Counted from the first letter of the stretch, positions 10,182 to 21,181 are shown. The stretch: DNA of 64,000 bases from Limisphaerales bacterium (GCA_965657355.1 CBFHOE010000005.1:1-64000); one strand, 5' to 3'. Notes: generated from the sequence alone by a model not told the origin. Translations and numbers: made by a program.

Positions 10182-11231
10182 ATGTTGGCTACCGACACTT
10201 ACGTCACACGACCGGAAATCAAGGGCGAAGTCCGAAATGAGTTAAAGCTGTTTTGGGACCATTTGTCGGCTCCATTGCGTCCATTTCTTGATAAAGTATC
10301 TGACGGTCTTTTGAGGCAAGTGGGGTATTTTGAGCCAGAAGTCGCTGAATTTGCGAAATACGCATTGGAGAATCAAGGAAAGCAGTTACGACCTCTTTTG
10401 GTGGGTTTAAGTGCCAAATCCACAGGAGGAACCAATGAACAGCATGTAAAAGTAGCTATAATCATAGAGATGATTCATCTCGCTACATTGGTTCATGACG
10501 ACATTATGGATCATGCTGACATCAGGAGGTCTCGACCGACACTCGCAAGCAGATGGGGCAGCGAGATAGCAGTCATGCTGGGAGATTGTTTGTTTGCTCA
10601 TGCTCTCAAACTTGCGTCTGAATTTCCTACGGTGGACGTATGCAGGGTTGTTTCGGAATCTACCAGAACAGTTTGCAGTGGGGAAATCATACAAAACTTT
10701 AGAAAAACTAGGGTGCAGGGGGCGAGGGAGAGATATTTTAGGGTAATACGAATGAAAACCGCAGAGCTATTTGCCCTTTCATGTGACCAAGGAGCATTTC
10801 ACAACGAGGCTCCGATGGAAGTACGTGAAAAATTAAAAACGTTCGGGATGAGTTTTGGAACTGCTTATCAGATTTTTGACGACCTTTTAGATCTTTTTGG
10901 GAGTGAAAACTCTGTCGGCAAGTCATTGGGGACAGACCTTCTAACAGGTAAATTAACACTTCCAATTATTCACATTCTCGAATCAAATAAAGATCTCAGT
11001 CCTGACCAAACTCTGCAAAAACTCAATGGATCTTTCCCCGAGGCAATGCAATATTTCTTGGATCAGGCGAGCAAACACGAGACGCTGCCACATTGTCGGC
11101 AAACCATTCAAGAGGAGCTTTTCAAAGCAGAGAATGCTATATTATCTGCAGGTATTGGAAATCGCGGAGATGCTATGCATCAGCTGATGAATTTCCTGAG
11201 AAAGCTCACGCAGACACACTTCCCTAAATAG
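10182..11231 (+). CDS. Polyprenyl diphosphate synthase (IspB/HepT-like)
   Basis: GKQLRP, first DDxxD (VHDDIMD..RR), KTA motif, second DDxxD (QIFDDLLD), GKSLGTDL. Confidence 0.92.
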   Translation: MLATDTYVTRPEIKGEVRNELKLFWDHLSAPLRPFLDKVSDGLLRQVGYFEPEVAEFAKYALENQGKQLRPLLVGLSAKSTGGTNEQHVKVAIIIEMIHLATLVHDDIMDHADIRRSRPTLASRWGSEIAVMLGDCLFAHALKLASEFPTVDVCRVVSESTRTVCSGEIIQNFRKTRVQGARERYFRVIRMKTAELFALSCDQGAFHNEAPMEVREKLKTFGMSFGTAYQIFDDLLDLFGSENSVGKSLGTDLLTGKLTLPIIHILESNKDLSPDQTLQKLNGSFPEAMQYFLDQASKHETLPHCRQTIQEELFKAENAILSAGIGNRGDAMHQLMNFLRKLTQTHFPK

Positions 11232-11243
11232 GCTTTAATAATA

Positions 11244-11849
11244 ATGATGGTTCAGCCGGTTACAGAAGCCAATCTAACCAGAGAGGAAGAATATGCTCTG
11301 ATAGATAGATCCCTGGAAGGAGACACGGAAGCTTTCAATGAGTTGGTAGTCGCCTTTCAGTCGCGGATCTTTTCTACTGTTTACCATATGGTGGGAAACT
11401 ATGAAGATGCCAATGACATCACGCAAGATACTTTCATAAAGGCTTTCAAAGCTCTCAGATCATTTAAAAAGAACTCAGGCTTCTTTACCTGGATCTATCG
11501 AATTGGAGTCAATCAGACGATAAATTTTCTAAACTCTAGGAAAAAACGTAAATTTCTCAGTTTCGACAACGAAGACTATAATCCTGAGTCTGACAGCGAT
11601 ATAATCTCTCTAATTTCTGAAAAAACCCCCAGAAAAGATGTGGATCTCATTGAATTAAAAGAAAAATTGAACGAGGCCATACAGAAATTGTCACATAAAC
11701 ATAAAATAGTCGTTATTATGCATGACATTCAGGGGATGTCGCATGAAGAAATTAGCGAAATTTTAAAATGTAGCAATGGCACAGTTAGGTCGAGGTTGTT
11801 CTACGCAAGGCAACAGCTTCAAACCTTTATGAGCGAGTATTTGCAATGA
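11244..11849 (+). CDS. ECF RNA polymerase sigma factor (RpoE/SigW-like)
   Basis: Region 2 DANDITQDTFIKAF...FFTWIYRI and region 4 GMSHEEISEILKCSNGTVRSRLFYAR. Confidence 0.92.
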   Translation: MMVQPVTEANLTREEEYALIDRSLEGDTEAFNELVVAFQSRIFSTVYHMVGNYEDANDITQDTFIKAFKALRSFKKNSGFFTWIYRIGVNQTINFLNSRKKRKFLSFDNEDYNPESDSDIISLISEKTPRKDVDLIELKEKLNEAIQKLSHKHKIVVIMHDIQGMSHEEISEILKCSNGTVRSRLFYARQQLQTFMSEYLQ

Positions 11850-12367
11850 AGAACGATTTGAATCAGGAAGATATTACTAAATTACTTAGGTGGAAAGGTA
11901 ATGACAAACCCTCACGGGACTACCTCGATGAGATGCAAATTTCCATTGCCAAAAAAATTGAAGAGGCTGGTAGTTCTTCAAAGGGCGAAAATACATTTGA
12001 AACTTTTATGAGAAGCTTGTGTGATGCCGAGTTTTTCAGTTCTGCGGCTCGCCCCACAGCGGCATTAGGATCGTTAGCTATTGTGGTGTTGACGCTTTAT
12101 TTTTCTTTCAACAAAACTGAGGATGACCAAATGAGTGGGAGTTCCAGGCCATCTTCATTTGCTGGCTCGGATGCGATTTCATTAACAAACGAAACTCCAA
12201 ATGGGCCAAATTTGAATGTCATGAACGTATCCAGCGGGGGCGATTCAAGAGTAAGCTTACGAACTATCAGCCAAACAAAAAATCTCACTAACCAAAATAA
12301 CGATCCACATTTCCCGTTTGGAGAGAGTGGCAAAAGGCTGCCCACATCGAAGTGGCCAAAACAGTAA
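11846..12367 (+). CDS. Putative single-pass anti-sigma factor
   Basis: Overlaps the sigma factor stop (ATGA). One hydrophobic segment (ALGSLAIVVLTLYFSF) and a low-complexity C-terminus. Confidence 0.55.
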   Translation: MKNDLNQEDITKLLRWKGNDKPSRDYLDEMQISIAKKIEEAGSSSKGENTFETFMRSLCDAEFFSSAARPTAALGSLAIVVLTLYFSFNKTEDDQMSGSSRPSSFAGSDAISLTNETPNGPNLNVMNVSSGGDSRVSLRTISQTKNLTNQNNDPHFPFGESGKRLPTSKWPKQ

Positions 12368-12765
12368 TTGTAAAAGCAATATCATTGGATTTTTCCACGA
12401 CCATATTTGCAGTTCTTGGTGCTTCTTCCAAAAAAGAAAGTTTCTCGAACAAAGCTTTTAGAGCCCTGAGAACGAAGTCCAAGGCAGTCATCCCAATCCA
12501 CCCAAAAAATAATTTCATAGAAGGGTGCCAATCATACCCAGACATTGTATCGATTCCATTAAGACCGGATGTCCTTACGGTTTATTTATCGGAAGATAAT
12601 TTTCTACCACTTTTGGATGATGTGGAACAAAGAGGAGCAGGAGAAATCTGGCTGAATCCTGGAGCTGATTCTCAAAAAGTGATCCGAGAATTAATGAAAA
12701 GAAATCTGCCCTTTAAGAAGACGTGTACGATTGTCGAAGCAGGGTTTCAGCCTTTTGAATTATAA
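12352..12765 (+). CDS. CoA-binding protein (YccU-like); start uncertain
   Basis: AVLGAS..K..FSNKA, VIPIHPK, IWLNPGA, CT near the C-terminus. Confidence 0.8.
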   Translation: MAKTVIVKAISLDFSTTIFAVLGASSKKESFSNKAFRALRTKSKAVIPIHPKNNFIEGCQSYPDIVSIPLRPDVLTVYLSEDNFLPLLDDVEQRGAGEIWLNPGADSQKVIRELMKRNLPFKKTCTIVEAGFQPFEL

Positions 12766-12856
12766 GTCACCCATACACGAGAGGGCAGTCCTTTCGACTT
12801 TGGTGAAGGAGTGTTACCATTGACGAGTCGAATGACTTATTCTTTGACTACTCGAT

Positions 12857-15800
12857 TCATTTTTTTAGCTTGGCTGGATCATCTCCGACAGGAGAATAGT
12901 TAAATTCATGTTCAAGTTTTCCATTAATTAAGTTCCATATTTTCAGGGAACCATCTTGTCCTCCAGCTACAACAATAGATCCCTCGTTATCTGTCCTCGC
13001 TCTGATCATATAGTCAGAAATCTTATTATAAGATCTCAGTTTTTTGCCATCCGTTTGAAAGTAGCTCAATGAGTTATCGCCTCCCGAAGTGACAAATTTA
13101 TTTGAGTAAGGTATAAAATCGACAGAAGTGGCGGCTTTATTTGAAACGCGAATATCTTTCTGTTTTTGACCTGTTGATGTATCCCAAACTTTGACGAGAT
13201 TATCGGCGGAAGCACTGACGAGCGTTCGCCCATTACGATGCCAGCTCAGGTCCATGACGTAATGGCTGTGACCTTCTAAATTACGTATAATTTCTCCCGA
13301 TTTTAAATCCGTCACCCTGACGAATTTGTCAGCAGAACAACTAGCGATATAAGCGCCATCTTTCGAAAACTCAACGCCATAAACGACGTCGCTGTGGACT
13401 TCATCAAAAGACTTATCTAGCTTTCCCGTTTTGAAATCAAAAACTAGAATTTGTCCCGACCGGGATGAAATACCGGAGCCAACGACAATTTTGTTTCCAT
13501 CAGGGCTAAAATCTAGAGAGTAAACACGCTCTGCTATAGGAGAATCCTTATCGAGTGATCCAATGCGCCTTTCAAATCTCCATTTAAGATTGGTATCTAA
13601 CAATCTAAGTTTTCCATCGCCACCACCTGATAAAAAATAATTACCATCAGTTTCAAATATGGTTGCTGTTTGTATTTCAGGCAAAACGACCTTAGTGATC
13701 AACTGAAAGGTATTTACATCCCAAAGAGTGGCTGTTTTGTTATAATCAAAAGTAAGTAGCGCTTTGTCATCAGCAGAGAAGGACATGCTGCAAACCATTT
13801 TGGAGGAATTGGCTTTCTTTTGTTTGAGAGATTCATGTTTTTTCGAGGCATGGCTTAACATAAGTAAGGTATTATCTCTCTTTTTTTCGACCGTTTTCAC
13901 GACCATACTAGCTCTCTGAACTGCCTGCTCTGCTAATTTGAGTTCTTCGGAGACCAGGTCTAATTGTAATTCCGATTCCTTAAATTTTTTCTGTGATTCG
14001 GCGAGATTCTTTTTAATCGCATTAAGCTCTTTGTTCAAATCCTCCATCGCGACGGTGTTTTGTTTGCTGATTGAATGAGCTTTCTGATCTTCCTGACCTG
14101 CCTCGAACGCCCGGGCGCTTAACTTTTTAATTAAGTCCTCATTTATTTCCGGTGATTGAATGAGCTCATTTTCCAATTTCTCCAATTTTGATTTCGCAAT
14201 TTCGGCAGATTTTTCACTTTTTTCTATGGCTGATGTAATAACCTTTAATCTGGAATTTAATTTTTTCTTTTCATTTTCTTTTCCCCTGAGATCGAGCTTA
14301 GCCTTTTGAAAGACACTTTGTTTCTCTGATAGTTCTTTTTTAGCTTTTTCTACACGCTGGCTTTGACCTTCCATCTCTTTCTTTTTCTTGGTCAACTGCT
14401 GATCAAAATACCCCTTCTCTGTATTGAGGAATGTTATTTCTTTGGATATGTCATTAATACGTCTATCCACATCTGGAGAATTGGAAAAAATTCCCGTGGT
14501 TTCTCCATTTTTCGTATTTAGAATTTGCATCTCACCTGATTTGGCATTTACAACCAAGACACCCTCAACGGGAGAAAGTGCCATACCGTTATGAGGCAGG
14601 TCTCTTTCCCAAATCAATTCATATTTAAGTTCTACAGGGTCGAGCAGCCCAAATCGAATTTTAGAATCAGCTTCTGATGATATAAGGGAAACCTTTTCAA
14701 AATTTCCTCCAGGGCCAGTGATATTTAAATTATTTACACTACCAGAGTGAACGCGAATTTTGTTCGATTCTATTTGATTTCCTATGCGATTAAATACCTG
14801 GAGGTATCCGTCGTTCAACCCCAGTAAAAGTAGGTCTCCATGTTTAGAACTAGAAGTAAAGTCGGAAGATTCAACTTTTTGATCGGCATGGTGATCCCAT
14901 AACAAATGCTTCTTGATTGGATCCCAACCACAGATAACTCCATCGGATGATACAGTAATAACTTCTTCTGGCTCAGATTTATGTTTAGAGGAGTAAATAC
15001 CTAGTATTTTGGACTCATGTGGGGATGAGATATATTGAATTTCAGGGTCAGAGTCTGACCCAACTCCTTCGAGAGGCATTTCTCCGATATTACCATAAAC
15101 ATCACCTAACCATAGGGAATCGAGTGAAGTTAGCTTTTTCAAGGAAGTAATGATTCCATTCAAATTATTTTTAGAGAGCTTCGAAATCATTATAGGATTT
15201 CTTTTCCATACATTGATTTCTTTAAAATCCCCGCTGATTGCGTATTTTCCAGAGGGATGTATTGCAATGGAGTGCACCAAGTCTTTGTGTGCGGGCATGA
15301 TGCCAGCCGTTTTGTTTTCGGCCAACAATTCCTGGCTTAATCTTCCGGATAGTAAGTCATAAGCAAAAAGACGGTTACCTCGGCCACACAAAACAAATTG
15401 ACTATTGGGAGAAACACCTATTGAAAGAACAGGAAAGTAACCACGAACAGGCTCTTCAAACTTAATGTTATTTGATTGAGAAACTGAGCCCTCGGCACCA
15501 TCCTCTATCCATCGTTTCAGAATTCCTAGTTCAGCTGGCGTAAAGTTCTTAGCTTTTACCTTGTTGCCAGTTGGTGGCATTATGAGGTCTTCATCTTGAT
15601 GAGCTGCCGAGATAAATAGAAGACTTCTTTCGGGATCACCCGGTATGACAACCCCCTCTGTTCCCCCACTTTTGATTTTCTGGGGGGTTTCAAGATTCAG
15701 ATCGCCTTTTGATTTCGATGTATTGTGACAAGCTAAGCAATTTCTCTTGAAGATGGGAAGAAGGTCATTTTCAAAGTCTATTTTCTGACCATCGGCAACT

Positions 15801-15907
15801 TCCTCAACTTGGATTACAGAAAACCCATTTTGTATGAAAAGGGCACAAAACACGATCCCTGTGATAAATGAGGCCACGAAATTATTTCTAGATAATAAGG
15901 ATGCCAT
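12857..15907 (-). CDS. Planctomycete-type cytochrome c domain + WD40 repeats + coiled-coil protein
   Basis: IDFENDLLPIFKRNCLACHN...MPP...WIEDGA (PSCyt1-like, one CxxCH), many WD40 repeats (GHSHYVMDLSW, VKVWD, LKIWN), central K/E-rich coiled coil. Confidence 0.85.
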   Translation of the reverse strand: MASLLSRNNFVASFITGIVFCALFIQNGFSVIQVEEVADGQKIDFENDLLPIFKRNCLACHNTSKSKGDLNLETPQKIKSGGTEGVVIPGDPERSLLFISAAHQDEDLIMPPTGNKVKAKNFTPAELGILKRWIEDGAEGSVSQSNNIKFEEPVRGYFPVLSIGVSPNSQFVLCGRGNRLFAYDLLSGRLSQELLAENKTAGIMPAHKDLVHSIAIHPSGKYAISGDFKEINVWKRNPIMISKLSKNNLNGIITSLKKLTSLDSLWLGDVYGNIGEMPLEGVGSDSDPEIQYISSPHESKILGIYSSKHKSEPEEVITVSSDGVICGWDPIKKHLLWDHHADQKVESSDFTSSSKHGDLLLLGLNDGYLQVFNRIGNQIESNKIRVHSGSVNNLNITGPGGNFEKVSLISSEADSKIRFGLLDPVELKYELIWERDLPHNGMALSPVEGVLVVNAKSGEMQILNTKNGETTGIFSNSPDVDRRINDISKEITFLNTEKGYFDQQLTKKKKEMEGQSQRVEKAKKELSEKQSVFQKAKLDLRGKENEKKKLNSRLKVITSAIEKSEKSAEIAKSKLEKLENELIQSPEINEDLIKKLSARAFEAGQEDQKAHSISKQNTVAMEDLNKELNAIKKNLAESQKKFKESELQLDLVSEELKLAEQAVQRASMVVKTVEKKRDNTLLMLSHASKKHESLKQKKANSSKMVCSMSFSADDKALLTFDYNKTATLWDVNTFQLITKVVLPEIQTATIFETDGNYFLSGGGDGKLRLLDTNLKWRFERRIGSLDKDSPIAERVYSLDFSPDGNKIVVGSGISSRSGQILVFDFKTGKLDKSFDEVHSDVVYGVEFSKDGAYIASCSADKFVRVTDLKSGEIIRNLEGHSHYVMDLSWHRNGRTLVSASADNLVKVWDTSTGQKQKDIRVSNKAATSVDFIPYSNKFVTSGGDNSLSYFQTDGKKLRSYNKISDYMIRARTDNEGSIVVAGGQDGSLKIWNLINGKLEHEFNYSPVGDDPAKLKK

Positions 15908-15908
15908 T

Positions 15909-18047
15909 TTATTTTTCTATGATGATTGTCCAAAGGTCATCTAAGGCAAAAAAAGTATAATCTTTCTTTTCAGTTTTGTCCTCATTTCCCCGGTCAGTAA
16001 ATTTATGCTTTATCTCGATAGCGTAGTTTGGGTTGTATTTTCCAAACTTCCATTTCAGTTGAGTTATGTCTAATAAAAGTGTTGCTTTTGACTGCCCTGG
16101 CTTAAATTTTATTTCTGGTAATTTCGTTGTTCTACTAAAATCGCGGAGAGTAATTTCGGAATCAGCAACCTCTTTTGACCGGACGATCTCAAATTCGATT
16201 TCCGTTTTACTATTTTCCTTCAACCTTAGAGGGTTTTCATGGCCACTTATCAATTGAATCGGGGCACCGAGTTTATCATCAATCTGGGCAACGACTCCTT
16301 TTTGCACGATAAATTCGGAATACTCATTGTTGTAGTCGCCTACATTCCAAATGGGACCATTAGATGAATAGAGAAAACCTGCACTTTTTTTATTGTTTTC
16401 ACCAATAAGAGCTACTTGGATGTCTAAAAATCCAAACCAAAATTGTGAGTCATCATTTGCGTAAAACTGAACGAATTTTACGGATTCGTTTTCACGAAAT
16501 TCTAACACTTCAGGGTTCGCTTTTAGTCCTTTTGGTAAATTACGGAAATCAACACTTATTCTTTTTTTCCCACCTTGATTGCGTATGGCGATGACCTTGG
16601 CTTTTAACTTTTGCCCACGAATAAAATTAAGGCTTTGCGAAAAAAGTTTTCGTGAGTTGGGGTCCTTATTTGGTGGGTATTCAGGTAGAATAACAACTCC
16701 ACCATGACTATCATTCTCCGGAAATACTCTAAGGTAAACATCTCCACCCCCTGCTCTATTTTGCGAGAGGGAATCCCTCAGAAGTTTAATCCCATAGGAT
16801 GCACCTTTTCTGAGATTATACGACAAAGAGGAGTCATAATGTGCCGTATGAAGTTTACCAAATGAAGGAGAAGCATTGGTCGGTCTACCCGTCGCAATTG
16901 GTTTGGCTTGCTGCTTATCGATATCATACAAGAACATCTCCATGGTCTTTCTTTCTCCAATACGGTGGGAGATTGTCTCGAAAAAATATAGACCATCAGC
17001 GGGGGCCTTGAAACGGGCATGAACATGGTCCCCCCCCTGAGAATCAGTTTTAATTATCTTGGTTAACGAGTTCATTGCTATGTCAATATTCTGAGCTCCC
17101 TCCCAATCAATGAACTGATCGTTATCATCTATTTTGTCTTCAAATTTAAGTATTGGTAAGGAATTCTGGTTCGAGGCTTCACTCGCATTTAACTCCGGGG
17201 GCAACGTCAGCGAAAAGGGCAAATGAGGACTTCTTAATAATGAAGCAAATCGCAGCCAGGGTTGGAGAGAAGTTCCCTCTGGGAGTGCAATAAAACAAAA
17301 TGTAAATTCTCTACCACCATCGAACGTTTGATCCCGTAATTCGAAAAAGATTTGGCTCACATTGGTTGATTCAGGATTGGAGAATGAAAGAACGCCAGAA
17401 TTATTAGTACGCTGAATGAGTTTGAGTTGATTATCTCTGATGCTTATCACAGGACGCAATCGGGATCCAATGGCCGAGGTAAGGCACAGGAATGTATAAT
17501 CACGTCCTGGCTCCAAGGATATTGGAAACCTATAGACTTTGCCTTGGTCGTAATAGCCGTCTACCCAAACAGATTGTTGGATCTGTTCATAATTTCGAAT
17601 ACCACCTATTTCACTGAATTTGATTTTTTTAAGTAAGATGGATTTAAAATCAGAAACAACATATGACCTAGGGTTCGAAAAACCAAAAGAGCCTCTTGGT
17701 GAGATTTGATACAAACCGTCTTCGGTATTTTGGGCAACCGAAGCCTCGAGCTTTTGAGATTTGGATTTATTTATTTTGAGCCCATTTCTGAATGAGATTG
17801 CCTGCTGGACAATTCCTAGATTATCTCCAAAAAAGTTGACATAAGTGGTTTCACTTTTCGTCAAACATATTGGCTCTAAATACTTTAGGTAAGGTTGTTC
17901 GAATTGGCCAAATGATATGTTGGCATTCAAGAAAATAGCGACGATCAAAAAACTTGGCCACAATGTAGCAATCCGTTGAAACCAATTTTGTTCTAAAATC
18001 TTAACTAGGACACACCTCATGGATAATATGTTAATAACATAGCCCAT
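15909..18047 (-). CDS. Secreted PPC/Ig-like beta-domain protein (PVC 'pre-peptidase C-terminal'-type); start uncertain
   Basis: Signal-like segment, SNPRSYVVS, AIGSRLRPVISIRD, ELRDQTFDGG, NLPKGL. Ends 1 nt before the WD40 gene. Confidence 0.5.
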   Translation of the reverse strand: MGYVINILSMRCVLVKILEQNWFQRIATLWPSFLIVAIFLNANISFGQFEQPYLKYLEPICLTKSETTYVNFFGDNLGIVQQAISFRNGLKINKSKSQKLEASVAQNTEDGLYQISPRGSFGFSNPRSYVVSDFKSILLKKIKFSEIGGIRNYEQIQQSVWVDGYYDQGKVYRFPISLEPGRDYTFLCLTSAIGSRLRPVISIRDNQLKLIQRTNNSGVLSFSNPESTNVSQIFFELRDQTFDGGREFTFCFIALPEGTSLQPWLRFASLLRSPHLPFSLTLPPELNASEASNQNSLPILKFEDKIDDNDQFIDWEGAQNIDIAMNSLTKIIKTDSQGGDHVHARFKAPADGLYFFETISHRIGERKTMEMFLYDIDKQQAKPIATGRPTNASPSFGKLHTAHYDSSLSYNLRKGASYGIKLLRDSLSQNRAGGGDVYLRVFPENDSHGGVVILPEYPPNKDPNSRKLFSQSLNFIRGQKLKAKVIAIRNQGGKKRISVDFRNLPKGLKANPEVLEFRENESVKFVQFYANDDSQFWFGFLDIQVALIGENNKKSAGFLYSSNGPIWNVGDYNNEYSEFIVQKGVVAQIDDKLGAPIQLISGHENPLRLKENSKTEIEFEIVRSKEVADSEITLRDFSRTTKLPEIKFKPGQSKATLLLDITQLKWKFGKYNPNYAIEIKHKFTDRGNEDKTEKKDYTFFALDDLWTIIIEK

Positions 18048-18126
18048 GGAAATTGTGAAGTAGTACCAGCCAGCAAGAAGTCACCCGCGGGACAATTCTC
18101 GATAATCAGGAAAACCAGAAAATCAA

Positions 18127-18948
18127 TTATGACTTTTGAGAAGGCGGGCCACCGAGTTTGAGATAGAGCCATTGCTCTATCGGCCTAATTGGAGCTAGCC
18201 ATTTGTAGAATGGTGAATAAATCAACCTCAATCTCACCACGGAGAGAAACATTACAAGTGAGGCTCGCACGAGATTCCTTGTGACCGTCGACCCATCGAC
18301 ATCGGTCCATTCAGTAGGCCTTTCGACTATTCTGTAATTCTCCTTGTATGCAGAAAAAAGAAAATTAACATCAAAGGCTAAATCGGCTATGGATAATTTA
18401 GGGATCACGCGCATAACTAATTCTCCGCGAGCAACTTTGGCTGGACATTGAGTATCTTTAATTCCCATTCCAAATAAAAGTTGAACAACTACATGGAATA
18501 CTCTACTTGCAATCCTACGAGTTAAGGTTTGAGATTGATGGAGCACAGATTCGTTTAGCCATCGAGACCCCACAACCAAATCGTAACCTGAGTTTTTTTT
18601 GAGCGTATTTATTAATTGGTGGAGAGCCTTTGGAGAAGTAGACCCATCCGCATCAACGTAGCAAATGACATCAGAGTTAGATACTTTTTTCATCCCTTCG
18701 ATGAGAGCTCCACCTTTTCCTATGGGGTCTTTTATATCTAAAAGCTGAATATGCGGGGATAGGGATTGGAAAGATTGCACTACTGAAGAAGTGTTATCCC
18801 GGCATCCATTCAGGATGACAAGTATTAAAAATTCTCTGATCTCGGATTGCTTAAAGTAATTAAGATATTCTTCCAAAGTGGGACGAATTCTATCCTCCTC
18901 ATTGTAGGCAGGGATAAGAATAGCAAGCTGATTTTCTTGAAGACTCAT
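18127..18948 (-). CDS. Glycosyltransferase family 2 (Dol-P-glucose synthase-like)
   Basis: ILIPAYNEE, GKGGAL, YVDADGS, VVGSR, DTQCPAK, FDV. Confidence 0.88.
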   Translation of the reverse strand: MSLQENQLAILIPAYNEEDRIRPTLEEYLNYFKQSEIREFLILVILNGCRDNTSSVVQSFQSLSPHIQLLDIKDPIGKGGALIEGMKKVSNSDVICYVDADGSTSPKALHQLINTLKKNSGYDLVVGSRWLNESVLHQSQTLTRRIASRVFHVVVQLLFGMGIKDTQCPAKVARGELVMRVIPKLSIADLAFDVNFLFSAYKENYRIVERPTEWTDVDGSTVTRNLVRASLVMFLSVVRLRLIYSPFYKWLAPIRPIEQWLYLKLGGPPSQKS

Positions 18949-19008
18949 TGAGTGTGTGAACAGGAAAAAGTTAGATTCGTATGCTTTGCTATCCCATGAA
19001 TAAAAAAA

Positions 19009-19995
19009 TTAAACCATTGAGTCCCCAACTTTCACTCGTGCTTTTGGAGTAAGAACCCTCCCTTGAGAGGTCCTGTTTATGTACCCTTCCATTATCAAGA
19101 AAGGTTCATAAACTTCCTCAATAGTTTCAGCTTCTTCCCCTACTGCTACGGCCAGAGACCCAATGCCTACAGGGCCGCCTCCAAATTTGAAGGCAATGGA
19201 TTCTAGTATTCGTGTGTCCATTTGGTCCAACCCATCCTGATCAATATCTAACATTTGAAGAGCGCGATCGGCGACAATCTGGTCTATTTTCCCTTCTGAT
19301 TTAACTATAGCATAATCACGGACTCTTCTGAGAAGATTGTTAGCAATTCTGGGTGTTCCCCGACTTCTTCTTGCAACTTCAAGAGCTCCTTCATGGTCAA
19401 TCTCAACGCCTAAGATAGACCCAGCTCTTAAGACAATCTGACTCAATTCATCTCCAGTATAGTAGTCCAATCTTTCTTTTATAGGAAAACGACTAAGCAT
19501 GGGTGAGGTTAGAAGCCCACTTCTCGTCGTAGCTCCCACCAAGGTAAATTTGGGTAAATCCAATCTGATACTTCTTGCGTTGGGGCCTTGATCAATAAGA
19601 ATATCGATTCGGTAATCTTCCATGGCTGGGTATAAATATTCTTCGACCGATCTTTGCAATCGATGTATTTCATCGATGAAAAGAACATCTCCTTCTTCCA
19701 AGTTTGTAAGTAAACCAGCAAGGTCGCTTGCTTTTTCAATGGTGGGTCCACTCGAAACTTTAAGTGAAGCGCCCATAGCTTCAGACAAGATGTTTGCTAC
19801 AGTTGTCTTCCCTAAACCAGGAGGACCATGAAGAAGTGTGTGATCAAGAGGCTCACTACGCATGCGAGCCGATTGAATAGCAATTTCAAGGCGTTCTTTA
19901 AGTTTGGGTTGCCCTGTGAATTCGGAGAAATCAATAGGACGCAGAGAAAGGTCAATTTTAGGATCAGTTTGCTCAAAGTCTCTCTCTGTATTCAT
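19009..19995 (-). CDS. ruvB: Holliday junction branch migration helicase RuvB
   Basis: [59 protein letters not shown]. Confidence 0.98.
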   Translation of the reverse strand: MNTERDFEQTDPKIDLSLRPIDFSEFTGQPKLKERLEIAIQSARMRSEPLDHTLLHGPPGLGKTTVANILSEAMGASLKVSSGPTIEKASDLAGLLTNLEEGDVLFIDEIHRLQRSVEEYLYPAMEDYRIDILIDQGPNARSIRLDLPKFTLVGATTRSGLLTSPMLSRFPIKERLDYYTGDELSQIVLRAGSILGVEIDHEGALEVARRSRGTPRIANNLLRRVRDYAIVKSEGKIDQIVADRALQMLDIDQDGLDQMDTRILESIAFKFGGGPVGIGSLAVAVGEEAETIEEVYEPFLIMEGYINRTSQGRVLTPKARVKVGDSMV

Positions 19996-20062
19996 TTAAA
20001 TGTCCTCTAGATTGATTAAGGAATAGTCAACCATTACAGGCGTAATAGCAGTCGCCTACGAT

Positions 20063-21076
20063 TCATTTTAAGCTGGAAATTTTCCCATTGGAAACATCAA
20101 GCATTCTCTGAATGGGCTTTTGAGCTTGCATAATAATTTGAGGGTCGAGAGAAACCTCCGGGGTCAGATCCTCCATACAATTCACCAATTTTTGAAGAGT
20201 ATTCATTTTCATAAAGCGACACTCTTGGCATTGGCAATTTGAAGTTGGAGCAGGGATAAATTTCTTATCGGGGCACTCCTTTTGGAGCCGGTGTAACATT
20301 CCAGATTCAGTCGCTATGATAAATTGATCTGCTGGATGATCTTTACAAAAATGAACCATCTTTTCTGTCGAGCAAACTTCATCAGCAAGGATCTGAACCG
20401 CTTTGACACATTCCGGGTGAGCTACTACGGGGGCATCTGGATATTTTTCACGAATTTCCAGTATACCATCGCGGGTAAATTCGACGTGAGCATAGCAAGA
20501 GCCTTTCCAAAGAGTCATTTCTCTCCCGGTTTGTTCAATGACCCACTGGCCTAGATTTTCATCAGGTACAAATAGTAAATCTTTGTCTTTTGGCGCCGCC
20601 TCAACTATCTTTTTTGCATTCCCACTTGTGCATATCACATCACTTAAAGCTTTTACTTCGGCACTGCAGTTTATGTATGTGATAGTATAGAAATTAGGAT
20701 TAGTGGCTTGTAATTCTGCCAACTTGGTAGCGGGACATCCCTCTTCTAAACTACACCCGGCGTCGCGATCGGGAAGAATCACACGCTTATTAGGATTGAG
20801 AATTTTTGCTGTCTCTGCCATGAAATGCACACCACAAAAAACTATAGTCTCTGCATCTGTTTCCACTGCTTTTTGGGAAAGCCCCAAGCTATCACCAATG
20901 TAATCACCTACTTCCTGAATCTCTGGGATTTGATAATTGTGGACCAGTACAATGGCATTAAGCTTCTTTTTTAATTCCTTTATCCTTTCTGCCAATGGAT
21001 TAAATTTTACAGCAGGCATTGGTTTGCGAACGCCTAATTCATCGCGCTCTATTTCATGAAAATCACTCGCTCCCAT
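20063..21076 (-). CDS. nadA: Quinolinate synthase
   Basis: HNYQ, GDSLGLS, FCGVHFMAETAKIL, AGCSL, TYINCSA, AHPEC, CRFMKMN. Confidence 0.96.
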   Translation of the reverse strand: MGASDFHEIERDELGVRKPMPAVKFNPLAERIKELKKKLNAIVLVHNYQIPEIQEVGDYIGDSLGLSQKAVETDAETIVFCGVHFMAETAKILNPNKRVILPDRDAGCSLEEGCPATKLAELQATNPNFYTITYINCSAEVKALSDVICTSGNAKKIVEAAPKDKDLLFVPDENLGQWVIEQTGREMTLWKGSCYAHVEFTRDGILEIREKYPDAPVVAHPECVKAVQILADEVCSTEKMVHFCKDHPADQFIIATESGMLHRLQKECPDKKFIPAPTSNCQCQECRFMKMNTLQKLVNCMEDLTPEVSLDPQIIMQAQKPIQRMLDVSNGKISSLK

Positions 21077-21149
21077 ACTGCCATACTTTATATCCTACCC
21101 CATGCTCCTGCAACTATAGATACTTCGATGAGTTTTCTAATCAATCGAT

Positions 21150-21181
21150 AAAAAAGAGGAGCCAATAATTTTGGCTCCTCT
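21150..21181 (-). terminator. Intrinsic terminator after the DUF1080 gene
   Basis: Perfect 11-bp stem agaggagccaa/ttggctcctct preceded by an A-run. Confidence 0.75.

Noticed and set aside
19009..19995. ruvB without adjacent ruvA/ruvC
   Set aside because: Split ruv genes are common and the gene itself is intact.
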